Source of the DNA: Octopus bimaculoides
Taxonomy: Eukaryota
Direction: 5' to 3'
Length of the DNA stretch: 64,000 nt
Assembly (NCBI RefSeq): GCF_001194135.2
Contig: NC_068985.1
Location: forward strand, 82,123,532 to 82,187,531
A program made the translations under genes and the position numbers. Position 1 is the stretch's first letter. Every line of letters starts with the position of its first letter. The notes beneath the pieces are model-generated. The model was not told where the DNA came from. It worked only from the letters and a program-made list of their open reading frames with translations, and did no database searches. Positions 16,500 through 30,785 of the stretch are shown here, in pieces.

Positions 16500-16541
<42 letters not shown>

Positions 16542-16870
16542 ATGTGCATGTGGATGCATGTGCTCATGTACATGTATGTGTGAGACAGATGATAGAGAGG
16601 GTCCGGCCGACCAAAAGGTGGGATGAAGGAGGTTGGTAGATGGGAATAGATGCTGCTGCCCAAGGGGAGAATTATCAACTATGGACATGGATTATTAGAA
16701 ACTTCTGATAGATCCTAAAGGCACACTAGACAGCAAATAGTATATTAGAACCATGGTGTCTGACTGCAGCAGCAAACAACTGAAGCAGGTAATGCTGTGC
16801 AGGCATCTACAGCTAACAGTGTGAAAAGCACCAAGGAAACAAGTGCACATATATATATATAAATGTATAA

Positions 16871-16906
<36 letters not shown>

Positions 16907-17678
16907 AAACACACACATGTATATATATTCTCACATAGATACATGCATATATTTATATATATATATACACTCATATATATATATATGAATAAATGCACAT
17001 ATATATCTATACGCACATACTCACGCACACACACATATACATATACGTTCACCTCACATACATGTTTTATACATACACATATATATATGTACATATTTAC
17101 ATGTGTGTGTATATATATTTCATTTTGAAATCATTTTTTAAACAAATTTTGGGGGAATTTTCGGCAGTGGTGCATGAATTCATGTTAAAGAAAGAAGAAA
17201 GAATTGGCAAAATAAATCACATTTTAGAAAAGTAATATATAAAAAAATTTTCAGAATCACCAAGAGAATTGTGAAGTGTGGGCCTTATACTTTGGTATAT
17301 ATGTATGTGTTTACGAAATATATGGTCCCAACATATAGATACATATATTGGAACCAGTTAGTGATTCAACAACAGGAATCACCAACTGTTTTCCAATAAA
17401 TATAAACTCCACACCATGTTTGTGTGCTCTTTTCTTTCATTTGCAAACATACACACACACCGACTCACATGCATTAAAGACAGACACATTAAGAGATTGC
17501 TAGTTACCATTTGTTTTGAGCATTTTATCAAAGTGTAGCACACCTTTTGATTAAAATTTTACTAATAACTGACTGAATAACCATAAGAATATATAGTAAG
17601 TGTATATCTATATATATGTTCCTAGGTACGAATATGAGTTTATATACATGTATGTATCTGAGTGTGTGCATCTGCATG

Positions 17679-17717
<39 letters not shown>

Positions 17718-18509
17718 ATATGTATGTGTGTGTATATATATGTTTCTATGTGTGTATATATATGTGCGTATACATATACATATATATATGTATTTATGCA
17801 TATATGCATTCAGACACATACATGCATGCATAATAGGATGTTAGCTTTTCCTTTGAAGCTAAGGCTAAATCTTTCAGTACACATTAATATGCATGTAAGT
17901 ACACACACACATATACATATATATATATATATATAAATATATATGTGTGTGTGTGTGTGTGTGTATGTATGGAGGGTAGGTGTAAGCCTATATATTATAT
18001 GCATAAAACACACTATACATGAAAGTGTAATCTCAAAAAGAAGAGAGAAAAAACTAACAAACAAAAAATAATCAGTTGGAACTCATATCCATCAAATTAT
18101 GGTTGACTGCATTTAATCTACTGGTATCTGACCATTTTGGCAGTAAGTGCATTCAACTAGAACCAGAAGATACGAGCATGATCCCACAAAAGGGTTCAAT
18201 TGCTTGTTCTTTTTTTCTTTTGGGTTGGAATGTTTTATATGTAGTGTTTTCCTTTCAAAAACCTGTTCCATAAAATCCGAGCTCAGTAATTATTATTGTT
18301 GTTGTTGTGTAATTGTTGTTACTATTTCTTACATTGAGTCATCGCCATGATATGTAATAGATTACAGTTCATTGAACTCACCCAGTACATGACTGGTACT
18401 TGCCTTATCAACCACGGTAAGCCCTGGGGGTGATTGAACATTGTATGGAGAGTGACAGAATAAATACTTTAAGATATCTCATCTGGTATTCTAACAATTT
18501 TGCCAAAAC

Positions 18510-18550
<41 letters not shown>

Positions 18551-20684
18551 TAATAATATGGGTAATTACTGAATTTATGTGAATTTCTATTTAGGTATCT
18601 ATATAAATAACTATATTCGTATACATGGGGATTGTTACCTTTGTCATATGCTCATATATGCATTATCATATACAGGACTATACTTATTCAACTTATGAGT
18701 TTATGCACATGTTCATAGTATGTTAGTATGATTAATGGAAATTGTTTAACACTCAGTTTTATTTTTCTTTCTTAATGTGCAATGGCCTGAAGATTCCTAA
18801 TATTTTTGGTCATATAACATGTACAACAACAAATTGTGTTATTACGCAATTTTTTTCATTCTTTTTCTTTATTCAACAATATTATTCGGAAGACAATCTA
18901 ATATATACTTGTAGACACACACATGTACACATAAAAGAATGCACATAGATTTATATAACTTTATAACAAATGTGATAATAGCTAAATATGTTGGCATTGA
19001 CAACAGAAAATTTCCAGATAGATTATATTTTCACAACCCAGTTATATAAAAACATCCATCCATCCATATATATATATATATACGTACATATATGTATTCA
19101 CATATACATACATATATGTACGTGTTCGTGTGTGTGTGTGTGTGTTTGTGTATAAAAGAAAGAAAAAAAACCATTGTATTTCTCATATGAAATACAGTGT
19201 AACACTTTTTTATTTAAGTAATAAAACAAAACAATAAGGAAGCCTTGATATCATTAACTGTGCTAAGAAATTACTTCATTCCTCATCTAATTGGAAAATA
19301 TGTCTAAAATAAATAAATGAATGAATATATGAATAAATGAATGAATACTTGAATGAATGAATGAATGACTGCTTGATTATTAAAACTTTGAAACCCCAGA
19401 CCCTGTCAAACAACCATCAACAGATAATCGAAATGAATAATTTGGACATAATTTCAAGTTGTCTCCCTTGAAATTCGATTTGTGTTTTTTTTTTTTCAAT
19501 TTTAAATTTATATATATTTGTTTCTGTGTTTCCTTTTAAATGCCACAGAAATACCATCAAGAGTTGTTTAATTTTTAAAAATTTTCTTTCCACTAAATTT
19601 TATAAAAAAATGGTGATTAAAATGATCGTGGAAAAGCTTATATATATATATTTTTCTATTTATATATATAATTTTATTTTTAAAACCAGAGACCATAGTT
19701 AATTTTAATTAGTTAACTCTCTCACTCTTTTTCCTTCACAGAGGACCATATGTATATATCTTCTCTATTACATTTTTCTATTTTCATCAGAGAACCAAAT
19801 ATCTTGTGAATTATATTTTTCACTTTATTTTTAAGCATTATTTTTTACAATCTTTTGGCTTTGTTTCTTTCTCGTACCTTTTCAGTCTTGTTTTTTCAAT
19901 ATTCGCGAAGGAGGAGGACAGGACATGAATTATATATATCANNNNNNNNNNNNNNNNNNNNNNNNNNNNNNNNNNNNNNNNNNNNNNNNNNNNNNNNNNN
20001 NNNNNNNNNNNNNNNNNNNNNNNNNNNNNNNNNNNNNNNNNNNNNNNNNNNNNNNNNNNNNNNNNNNNNNNNNNNNNNNNNNNNNNNNNNNNNNNNNNNN
20101 NNNNNNNNNNNNNNNNNNNNNNNNNNNNNNNNNNNNNNNNNNNNNNNNNNNNNNNNNNNNNNNNNNNNNNNNNNNNNNNNNNNNNNNNNNNNNNNNNNNN
20201 NNNNNNNNNNNNNNNNNNNNNNNNNNNNNNNNNNNNNNNNNNNNNNNNNNNNNNNNNNNNNNNNNNNNNNNNNNNNNNNNNNNNNNNNNNNNNNNNNNNN
20301 NNNNNNNNNNNNNNNNNNNNNNNNNNNNNNNNNNNNNNNNNNNNNNNNNNNNNNNNNNNNNNNNNNNNNNNNNNNNNNNNNNNNNNNNNNNNNNNNNNNN
20401 NNNNNNNNNNNNNNNNNNNNNNNNNNNNNNNNNNNNNNNNNNNNNNNNNNNNNNNNNNNNNNNNNNNNNNNNNNNNNNNNNNNNNNNNNNNNNNNNNNNN
20501 NNNNNNNNNNNNNNNNNNNNNNNNNNNNNNNNNNNNNNNNNNNNNNNNNNNNNNNNNNNNNNNNNAAAACACATTTTTCTTTTTAAATTTTTTCTTTTGC
20601 CATTAACTACATACAAAATTTGCTGCCAGTTAAAAAGTAATAATAATAATAATAATAAAGGTTGCCATAACAATAATAGTAGTA

Positions 20685-20733
<49 letters not shown>

Positions 20734-21523
20734 AAATCAGATATGATTAAAATCGGAATGTATGAGTTACAGTTATTTTTTCGTTAATTTCCTTTTAGTC
20801 TGGAGAGTGTTTTCTACTTTTTGTTAAGACCTCATCGCCATTCATAAGAAAAATAAAATCAAATAAAGAAAAAGCAAAACTGCCAATAAGAATTTTAAAA
20901 ATAAACATACAAAGGAGGTGATTTTCTTAAAAAAAAAAAAGCACTTGCTTTTTGTTGTTGTTTTTTTTTTTTACATATCTAAGTACACCTGTATTTCTGT
21001 GTTTCTTTTCTTTTAAATGCTATCAAACTATGTTTGTTGCCAGTCAACTAAGTTGTTACTGCTCAAGAAAATTGCAATATAAGTTATTGTATTTCTTTTC
21101 TATTTTTAATTAGTTTTCTGTTTTCCTTTTTACTATGGCTAATGTTAAATATTAATCATTGTTAGAATTATATCATTACATTATTTACTATTGATATTAT
21201 TAGTATATTAGTAATTATCCTTATGAGAAATTTGCTAGCAAGTGTAACCTTTTTGATTACATTCAGTAGACTCTAGTGAAGAGAGAATGTGAAAAATAAA
21301 TCAAGATTAGAGCAATTTTGTAGTACATTCATTCATCAGTGCTTTGTTTCTTGCTAAGATTTTACTCAGCCACCGGGGAGAATATTCAGAAAAGTTGAAA
21401 ATTAATGAACAGACATAGAAATAGATTAAATTATGTTAAATGTTTCTAATTTTTTCTACCCTTATGTTTTGATTTTTACTTTTGTAAAAGGATATAAAGG
21501 TGGGCATAGTTAAAAAGATACAA

Positions 21524-21601
<78 letters not shown>

Positions 21602-21612
21602 GTGTATGTTTG

Positions 21613-21651
<39 letters not shown>

Positions 21652-23646
21652 GTACAACTTGAATTCTTTGATGTAGGAAATTAAGACGGCGAGAAAGAGA
21701 GAGCTAGAGAGACAACAGAGAGAGAATGGAGAGAGAGATATAATGAATACTGTCAACAGATAAAAGAAATAATTTGTAGAAGAAATTTTTTTCAAAAAGA
21801 GAATGAGAATACTCGGAAAGATATTTAAAAAACAAACTTTTTGAAAGAAAATATTTTTCACTTTCTTATTTTACTGAGAAATATGTATAAAAGGAATGGC
21901 AGTTAGTATATCTTTTTTTAACTAACAAAATTAAGTAATTAAATATTTTAAGATAAAAATGGGTTGTTTGAATTAATGGGAAGCCAACCTTTACCTATTG
22001 GCCAAAAGGATCAGCAGTTTCTATCCTGTCAGCAGCATAACAGTGTGTCCTTGGCAAAAAGCCTTTTCTAGTGATGGTTTAGTCCTCTAACTGTTAATAA
22101 GTAGTTACAGGTGATCACTATTAGCATCAGTTATACTATATAAACAGTGCTCCATTAGCCCACAGTTCTGGACTAAAATTTCAATATGGACACAAAGAAA
22201 AAGCACTGAGAAACAAACTCAATGTTTTCCTTCCTATAGCATGAATGTTCCTGCTCCTAATAATCATCCATCCATTGTTAGATAGCTCTTATCAAGAAAA
22301 GTTAAGCAACTGACACTAAAATTACAATGAAAATATGAAGAAAAACACATGATGTTGTAAAACATTTGCAAAAGTATTATTTGCAGCAAATCTTAAGCAC
22401 TCTTTCATTTTGTTCTTCCTCTTTTGCCTTCGGAAAATTAAGTAAAAAGTATTGCAAAAGGATAAAACATAACACCTGCTAGAGGAAAAGGATCTCAACT
22501 TGGGAGGCACAAGTTGTTCTTTATCCATTCAGCCATTGTATGTGAAAATAGTTAGTAACTTGTTTACAACAAAATGATTTCTAGTTCAATGATGGCATAA
22601 ATTCATTAAGATCTGATGATTTCGTAGTTTCTTCACAGAAACAATTATCCAATAGTAATATATATTAATGTAAGAGAGTGTATGAAATAAATGACTAGAA
22701 CACTCTATAAATAGGAAATATGTCAATATTCCTTATGTCATGAAAATTATGTGACGATACATTAACTTCAATACCATGAAGGAAAATCATCCATTAAGAA
22801 AAAATATAACTATAATGGAAATGATAAAGAACAAGAATGACCAGCCTGCCTACTTCCCCATTAAGATCCTTTTTAAATCAGCAGTAATTAAAAGAATAAT
22901 CTTAGAACCCCAAGAAATAAGAAAGTTGTTTTAGAGGACACAAATAAAGCAGATAGTAAACATTGCTTTGAGCTATTCAGCAGTAAAAAAGACAATCAGC
23001 AGTGGAAAAAAAAAAAAAATGAGAGAGAGAAATTTAAAAAGACAGGAGAAAGTGTAATCAATATAGTAAACATCCATCTAAAAACTGATGAAGTTAGTTG
23101 TATAAAGGGTCTGGATATTCCCGTAAATCCAAGTATATATATACACATATATATATTATTTGCTAAATATTTCAGAAAGCAACTCAACAAAGATGCACCA
23201 GTCACAAAAATTGAACAGTACTTTACTCCAAGTAACTCAACAACAGTTCCATCAATGAATTACATAGTTTAATCTAGCAAGCAGCAGTATATTAAAAATA
23301 ACTTTTAAAAGATATTGTTCCAAAGAATATGCAAGCAGTCCCCTAATATTCTAGCTATCATATACTAAACAAAACAAATGTACACATACAAAGATACACA
23401 AATATAAGGTATGATTTACTTAGAATAATAAATAAAAATGAAGAAAAAGAAACATGAGAGAGAAAAACAGTATATAAAAAAAGAAGAAAAAGTACCAACT
23501 GATTGCAAAAAAAAGAATAGAGAAATCAAGAAACTATTTGAAATCTAAATTGATGGATTTAAAATTTCAGTTGTAAAGTGTTATACAGACAGCAGTAGAA
23601 AGTACATCATTGCATTTACTGGAAATGCAAGTATACAATTATCAGA

Positions 23647-23734
23647 ACATCAGCAGAAATTAACTTATTGTCTTTCATGAAGAGTAAAAGACATCAGCAG
23701 AAATTAACTTATTGTCTTTTATGGAGAGTTAAAA
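23647..23734 (+). repeat. 44-bp tandem duplication
   Basis: ACATCAGCAGAAATTAACTTATTGTCTTT... starts at 23647 and 23691. Confidence 0.9.
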
Positions 23735-24571
23735 ACATTAGTAAAATAAACTGACAGGTAAATAGATATATAAGTTACACAGTTAAATAAATGGATGATC
23801 AGCAGGAAGAGTATATGATTTTAAATTTAATGTCATGAGTGAAAGATATCTCAAAATGATTCCTCAAAGAATCCACACAGAAAAGAAAAAGAGAAGAGAA
23901 AACACAGTAAAAATCTTATTGAATAGAAAAGGTAAAAACAAACAGAAACAAATAAAAAAATATCATCAGCAGACTTATTTGCACTTCAAATGAAAGAAAC
24001 ATTAAGTAGGGGATCTTCAAAAACCAGTAAACTTATTGAACTTATTCAGGTTTTTGTAATGTATAGATCTAGTATCGATGCATAAGTGAAAACAGTATTA
24101 GTTTGGTTAGCACTAAAGATAAGTTCCCTTAATCACTCTCACCTTCTCTTTTGTTACATCTCATTAGCTCTACGGTGTTTCATTTCATTTTCATTTGTAT
24201 ACAATGTATTACAATGAATAAATTGGCCATGAATATGTATTTCTTTTTTTAATTGTAAGTTTTATATCCATATCTTTTGATTAATTTCAACAGAAAAATT
24301 GTAATTAAATTTGAGATAGATATATTCCAAATGGACAAAATAAAAATAAACATATATTATGTATAATTCACTCACTAAAATAGATGAAAATTTGGACATT
24401 CAGAAACATGAAGCACTGAGACAAATTGTTTTTAGAATGAATAGAAATAATATAGATTTGGAATTTAGAGAGTTTAAACTACAACTGCTAGATAATATTA
24501 ATATTATATACATGTGAATGTGTGTGTGCATGTGTAGGCATGCATATACACATATTTCTGTATGTGTGTGC

Positions 24572-24651
<80 letters not shown>

Positions 24652-24947
24652 TTACATACACATACATATATGTATTTGTATTTATATCAATATATACATT
24701 TACGCACATATAGACATTTATATACATATATTCATACACATACGTATATGTGTGTATATATGTGTATGTATGTGCACATATGCATATACTTGCATATAAA
24801 TGTACATAGATATATAGATACATGTTAGTCTAATGCTAAATAATGTTAATCATACCGTTAGGTTTTTTTGTGATTTAAGATCGAAAATACCAACTGAAAT
24901 ACTATAAAATACAATGCAACAATAATTCACAAACAGAAAACTAGATT

Positions 24948-25024
<77 letters not shown>

Positions 25025-27197
25025 TACATACATATATATACATCCTACCATTTGTTTCATTCCTTCAAACTTCATAAGAATTCCAGAAATGGAGAAAATT
25101 AAATGGTTTTATTACATATATTTACTAAAAATAGCAGTGATCTGAAATAATAGGCAGAATTTACACTTGAATATAATATATATTTTGATTCTATTCGTGA
25201 TCAACTAATAACAGGTTCACTAATATAACGTAAATGAAAATTAAAATAAATCAATAATATCCATATATATATATATAGTAATAAGAATCTCATAAATTAT
25301 TTTATGGAGAAACCAACAAAAGCTAAACTAAACTAAAAAAACAAAACAAAACAAAAGAAGCTAGTTATCTTAGTACACATAGTAACATAGCGTGCAAATA
25401 TGCAATGTTTAATATCTATAATAAAATTGTAATAAGATGCTAAAGATTGATGGAAAACATCAATGTTCTATAATTATTTGATCAACATAGTTGAAAACAA
25501 TTATAAGTATACTAATTAAATAAATATCTACAAATGATATGTTTCATTTTGAGAAAGTTGACAGGAGAAAAAATAAAACAAAAAAAATGTTAGATTACTT
25601 TATGACTTTTAAAAAGCTATAGAAATAGAAATGTTTAAATGCTATGATTTTAGTCTTGAGCAGTAATTTATATTTAACTGGACTTAACAGAGGATCTTTT
25701 TCTAATATTAACTTTTACATTTATTTTTCTTAAGCAATTGGATGGAAAATATAAACACAGCTGCTGACAACATCTCATAAAAAAAAGAAGCAGCTGGAAT
25801 CTTTATATAAGTAAAATATACTTCAAAAAATAAAATAGGAAAAGAGAATAAAAAGAGGGGGGAAATGCTTAATGAATTTCTTCTCTTTTTTCTTTTTCAT
25901 CAATTGACTGAGAAAATATTGCATGAACAAAAAATAACAAAGCATTATGGGAGAAAATATGAATGAACACAATCAGATTTGGAATGCAAATGACTAGCAA
26001 TATAGATCAACACTCAAGAATGGCGAGAATGAAAAAGCATGTTGTTGGTGTTTTGTGTTTTTCTTCTTTTTCAAAGTAAGGTTTTTTTTCTTTTTTGTTT
26101 TTTGTCATTCAATATAAAAAAAAAAATTAAGCCAGCAAAAAAGTACTTAAACAAAATACTTGTTTCCATTCCCAAAACAGAATGGTGTAAAGTGATGCCA
26201 AGTTGGGGAGTCATTGTTTTTAATTCTTCTTATTCTTCCTTTTTCTTTTTGAATTATTTAATTTTCACTTTATGAAGCCTTTTTTTAAAAATTTTTCAAC
26301 TTTCTTATTCATTATATTTTTACTTAGACTTCTTGCTTTTTCTGCACATATATAATATATATATATTTATTATTATTTCCACAATATTTTGCTAGAGCAA
26401 ACCGGGATTTGGAATGACAAGAAAAAATTTTGATTTGGATGTTATGGCTATGATATTTAAATGAAATTTTCATGATGTGATATGTAAATTTGCACATGTC
26501 TTATTGCACTTTTAGACCCTGTGCTAGGCAATCTCAGCTTATGGAGGAGGAAAATTAAGAAAAGGAACCCATAAAACAATGAAAAATGTTATGTCAGAAA
26601 GAGTTCTCTCCCTTTTAGACTGATATTGCAATTTACCACTTGCATGTAATTGATGTGTGCGTGTGTGTGTGTGTGTATATGTATACATACACACATACAA
26701 ACACACACATACACACATATACATACACTCAGTCTCATTCTAACATACATCATATATATCTATGTGAAGAAACAAATATACTCACGCATAAATATATATG
26801 TGTATGTGTGTGTGTATGTATGTAGAAATGTATGTATATATACATATACATACATTATATATATATATATAACACATAGCAACATATTTACGTATACTTA
26901 TACATAAGTGTACATGTACACACATGCACATATGTGTGTGTTTGTGTATGTATGCATGTTACATAAAGAGAAACAATTTAAAAAAATAATAAACCAGAAA
27001 GGAGAGAGGGAAGAGGAGGGAGAGAAACATTCAAAGATATGGGCTTAAAAGACAATAATATTAGCTTTCTTTGGATTTACCAGAGACATTTCTCATAAAT
27101 AAATAAATAAATAAATTCCCACCCACCCACATTGATATTTTCCTTTTGGTACATTCAATTGCTTCTTTTTTTTTTTTTTCCTGTGTTCCTTTCTCAT

Positions 27198-27203
27198 TTT
27201 ATT
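27198..27203 (-). terminator. Possible proximal polyadenylation signal (AATAAA) of the zinc-finger gene
   Basis: AATAAA lies ~40 nt downstream of the stop. AT-rich DNA produces such hexamers by chance, so support is weak. Confidence 0.2.
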
Positions 27204-27241
27204 TTCTCTACTTCCTCATTACATGTTCTGGTAAATTTTAA

Positions 27242-27996
27242 CTACTCTGGAAGTTCTTCTTCTGGGGAGTTGCTTTCAATGACATCCTGGAGAAGTTCGT
27301 CCACAGAATCTCCCTCTGCACTTATCCCCTTCTCTTCAAAATCCAAGTTCGGAACCAGAATTGCCAGCATACGGACTACATTGCCACGAAGTGTTTTTAA
27401 TTTTTCAGCATGTTTACAGTCATCGAGACCATTTACATCAGAACACTGCTGGTTGTGGCCATTAGCATGACCATGTCCAATACGTGAAGACCGTATGCTA
27501 AGATCCATGGCTTGGTTGGAGCCGTTATCTAAAGGTTCCATCTTCACAGTTCCCCTTGAAGCCTGGTACTGAAGAGGCCCGTGATGGTGTGCTGGCGGAA
27601 ATCCAGGACCCGGTGGGCAATGATTCTGCAGGAGATCAGCGCAGTGGGGTGAAGAGTGGCCGTTCAGGATACTATGTTGCTGTGGACTAGATTTTAGTTG
27701 GTTTAGAGTATTATCAAGAAACGAAGCCTTAAGAGGCTCAGAAAATTTACTTGATAGGTCAAGGCCAGCTGTTAAACTCGCACTGAGAACAGCTGAAGTT
27801 GGTGGTATCTTGAATAGGGGCATATCAGTACCCGGGACTGAAGCAGTCATATAACCTATCCCCCTGTGAGCTCTGTGCCGTTTCTCTTTGATGTAGTAAC
27901 CCATTCTGCCCTCATGCTTATTAGTAATGTGGCTTTTCAAGCTATGGCTCTGGCTGTACTGTACTCCACAAGCACCACAGATATAGGGACGCTCAC
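27242..27996 (-). CDS. Terminal coding exon of a multi-exon C2H2 zinc-finger protein (last finger, linker, MORC3/4-like C-terminal helical tail); upstream exons not identified
   Basis: Minus-strand polypyrimidine tract and acceptor ...ctcttccacAG|GT GAG CGT CCC TAT ATC TGT. The phase-1 start reads [T]GERPYICGACGVQYSQSHSLKSHITNKH (canonical TGE(K/R)PY linker plus C-X2-C-X12-H-X4-H) in frame with ORF 27242..27940, open to the stop at 27242-27244. GC content and complexity are much higher than the flanks. Confidence 0.93.
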
Positions 27997-28040
27997 CTGT
28001 GGAAGAGAAAGAGAGAGAGAAGAAAAAGAAAAAATAGAGT
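27997..28040 (-). other. 3' splice acceptor and polypyrimidine tract of the zinc-finger terminal exon
   Basis: The minus strand reads ...tttttctttttcttctctctctctttctcttccacAG immediately before the GERPY codons. Confidence 0.85.
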
Positions 28041-29454
28041 CGTATTAGTAGTATAAATCAGATGAAAGAGAAATGAAATGAATAAAACATCTAAAACCTA
28101 AGGCAAATTAAAACTCAGGAATTAAAATAATAAATTTGTGATTTCTGTGTAAGTGTGTGTGAACAGGCACAATATGAATGGTTAAGCAATGGTTAAAGAC
28201 CATCAGGTCCTAGGTTTGATCTCACTGACATCTTGTGCCTGAAATTAAAAAGGTGAAGTTTTGTCATACACTATTCTGTGTCATACTGATTCTGTCTGAC
28301 AATTACATTAAGACTACATATGTTTGTGGAATCACTCAACCACTTACAAGTTCAATCAGGTAATTCAATTGATCAAACAACCGAATCCTCATTGTTGAAC
28401 GACAGAGATACAACCATACACCACCACTTACACATACACACACACGCACACATATGATGAGCTACTAGCTTTAAAGAATGTGAATGAAAATATATGCAAA
28501 CAAACAAAAATATAGAAAAATAAGTATAACTGTTGAAGTATTTGTGCTGTGTGTGTATGGGATGCATGTAACCTATGGCTACCTAGGGCTGAAGATTATT
28601 CAAAATGGAGCTGAAATCATGTTCTCTTGGATTTATAAATGTTTTTTCCTTATTGTGCCATTTCAATCACAGTAAGTTTATGGATATTAAAGTATGTGTA
28701 TATATTTATTAAATGTAATGTGTATATGTGCACATGTGTAGCTATATGTTTATCTATATATGTATTAATTATTTATTATGTTGTATAGTATTTTCTATCA
28801 TATAACTTTATGTGAAATAATATAGCATTATTGTTGCTGCAGTTGTTATTAATATTACTATTGTTCTGAAATCATATTGCAAAACAAATCAAATATTGAA
28901 CACAGAAAAAAAAGAAGTAAAGAGAAATAAAATCACATAGATATACTTCTATTACAAACACGTTGTGAATTAAAATTTAATTCATTTGACAAAAGAAAAA
29001 ATATTAACAACAAATGATAACAGAAACCAAAAAGAATAATAAGGAAATAAGTTACAGAAACAGAACAAGCATATAAGCAAACATGAAAAGCAAGCTAGAC
29101 TAAAAGCAACATCTAAATAGACAAAAAGGAGGATATAGAAAGAATTCAAGCATACAACACATTGTGTGGGATAAGTTATAAGAAATGTAAAGAAAATACA
29201 TTATAACATTCAATGAAACGATATAGAGAACTTTGTGTCCCTAGGATAGAATTGAATTTGAGTTGAATTGGTTATACTGAAATTTCATAAAATAATAATA
29301 ATAATAATAGTAGTAGATTATGACAGACAGTGTGAAGTTGGAGTTAGGAACAACATTTGTGATAAATAAGGAGTTTGTTAACCAGCAGAATCTGAAAATG
29401 AAATAGAAGATAACAGAACAACATTGTACAATGTTTTGACTGTGATGCAAAGAA

Positions 29455-29840
29455 AGGATTGACAGAATCATTGCAGTGTTGGACAAAATGCTTTGTGGTA
29501 GTTGGTTACACCTTTCTCAAATCTTGATGTGATTAACTTTGCCTTTTTGTCCTTCAAAGATTGACAAAATAAATACCAGTCCAGTTGTAGGGTTGATTTA
29601 CTTGACTAATCTCATCCCCTATTAGCTTTCTGACCATATGTCTATCCTATCTTAGAAATATTCATCACCATTATTAAGATGATGGATGGGAAAATCAGCA
29701 GAGGATCAGACAAAATACTTTGAAAAATTTTAGCTATATTCTCCCACAGTCTGGGCTTCAATCCTGGTAGAGTTAACTTCATCCTTCTAAGCTCAATAAA
29801 GCATGTGCCAGTTTAATAACAGTGTTGATTTAATCACCTG
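29455..29840 (+). mobile_element. Two adjacent diverged SINE B-like copies
   Basis: GACAAAATGCTT...TTAACTTTGCCTTT...AAATAAATACCAG and GACAAAATACTTTG...GAGTTAACTTCATCCTT...GTGCCAG resemble 49940-50150. Confidence 0.55.
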
Positions 29841-30394
29841 TACCTTTCTCCAATACTAGAAATGATTATTATCATCAACTTTCACTGTTAGTAATATGAA
29901 TCCCTGCTAAAACTATATTTCACTAGCAGTCAAACTTATATAAACACATACCCACACAAGCATTTAGAATTATACTAGTGATATGCCATTAGGACATTAT
30001 TATTGATGACATTAACAATTATTATCTAATCTTGTGTATCACAAATTTTATGACATTTTTATTCTATATATTGTCCAATAAATGATGTTCAAAAAATTTC
30101 CAGCTTCTCTTCTTGTAATTTATTTATCTATTTATTTGTTCCATTAAGAATGAATAAAACAGAAATTACTTTAGATTTTCACTTAAAAAAAATTTTATGG
30201 GGAATTTTTCAATTTTGTTTTTCTGAAACTTACTTTGATTTTAATTAATCACAATTGACTTCAGTAAGTAAAATATTATAGGGGTAAATATGTTTTATCA
30301 TAATTAGCATCCTTGTGGCATATAAAAAAAAAATCATCTTCATACTCCTCCTCATTTATATTATTATTACTACTATTATTGTTGTTGTTGTTAT

Positions 30395-30513
30395 TGTTGT
30401 TGATTAAATAAGAACCAGTTATGCATTGGAGTCAATGTAATCAACTTAATCACTTCCCTCAAATTTGAGGCTGTGCTTCCAGTAGAAAGGATTATTATTA
30501 TTATTATTATTAT

Positions 30514-30579
<66 letters not shown>

Positions 30580-30785
30580 CAGTGAATTAGGAAAATCATT
30601 GGAGCATCGGACAAATGCTTTATGGTACTTGTTATAGCTCTTTACCTCCTGCATTCAAATCTTGCCAAGTTCAAGTCTGCTTTCCATCCTTCTAGAATCA
30701 ATAAATTAAAGAAAGATTCAAAGTGCTCGGGCCAACAATACTGACTAATACCCTTCTCTCAAAATTACTGGCCTTGTGTCTATGT
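30395..30785 (+). mobile_element. Two SINE B-like copies separated by an (ATT)n(AGT)n microsatellite
   Basis: GATTAAATAAGAACCAGTTATGCATTGGAGTCAATGTAATCAACTTAATC (3' part), then (AGT)n at ~30514-30579, then GGACAAATGCTT...CATTCAAATCTTGCC...TTTCCATCCTT. Confidence 0.6.

Noticed and set aside
27132-27470. 112-aa plus-strand ORF
   Set aside because: Antisense shadow of the real minus-strand exon.
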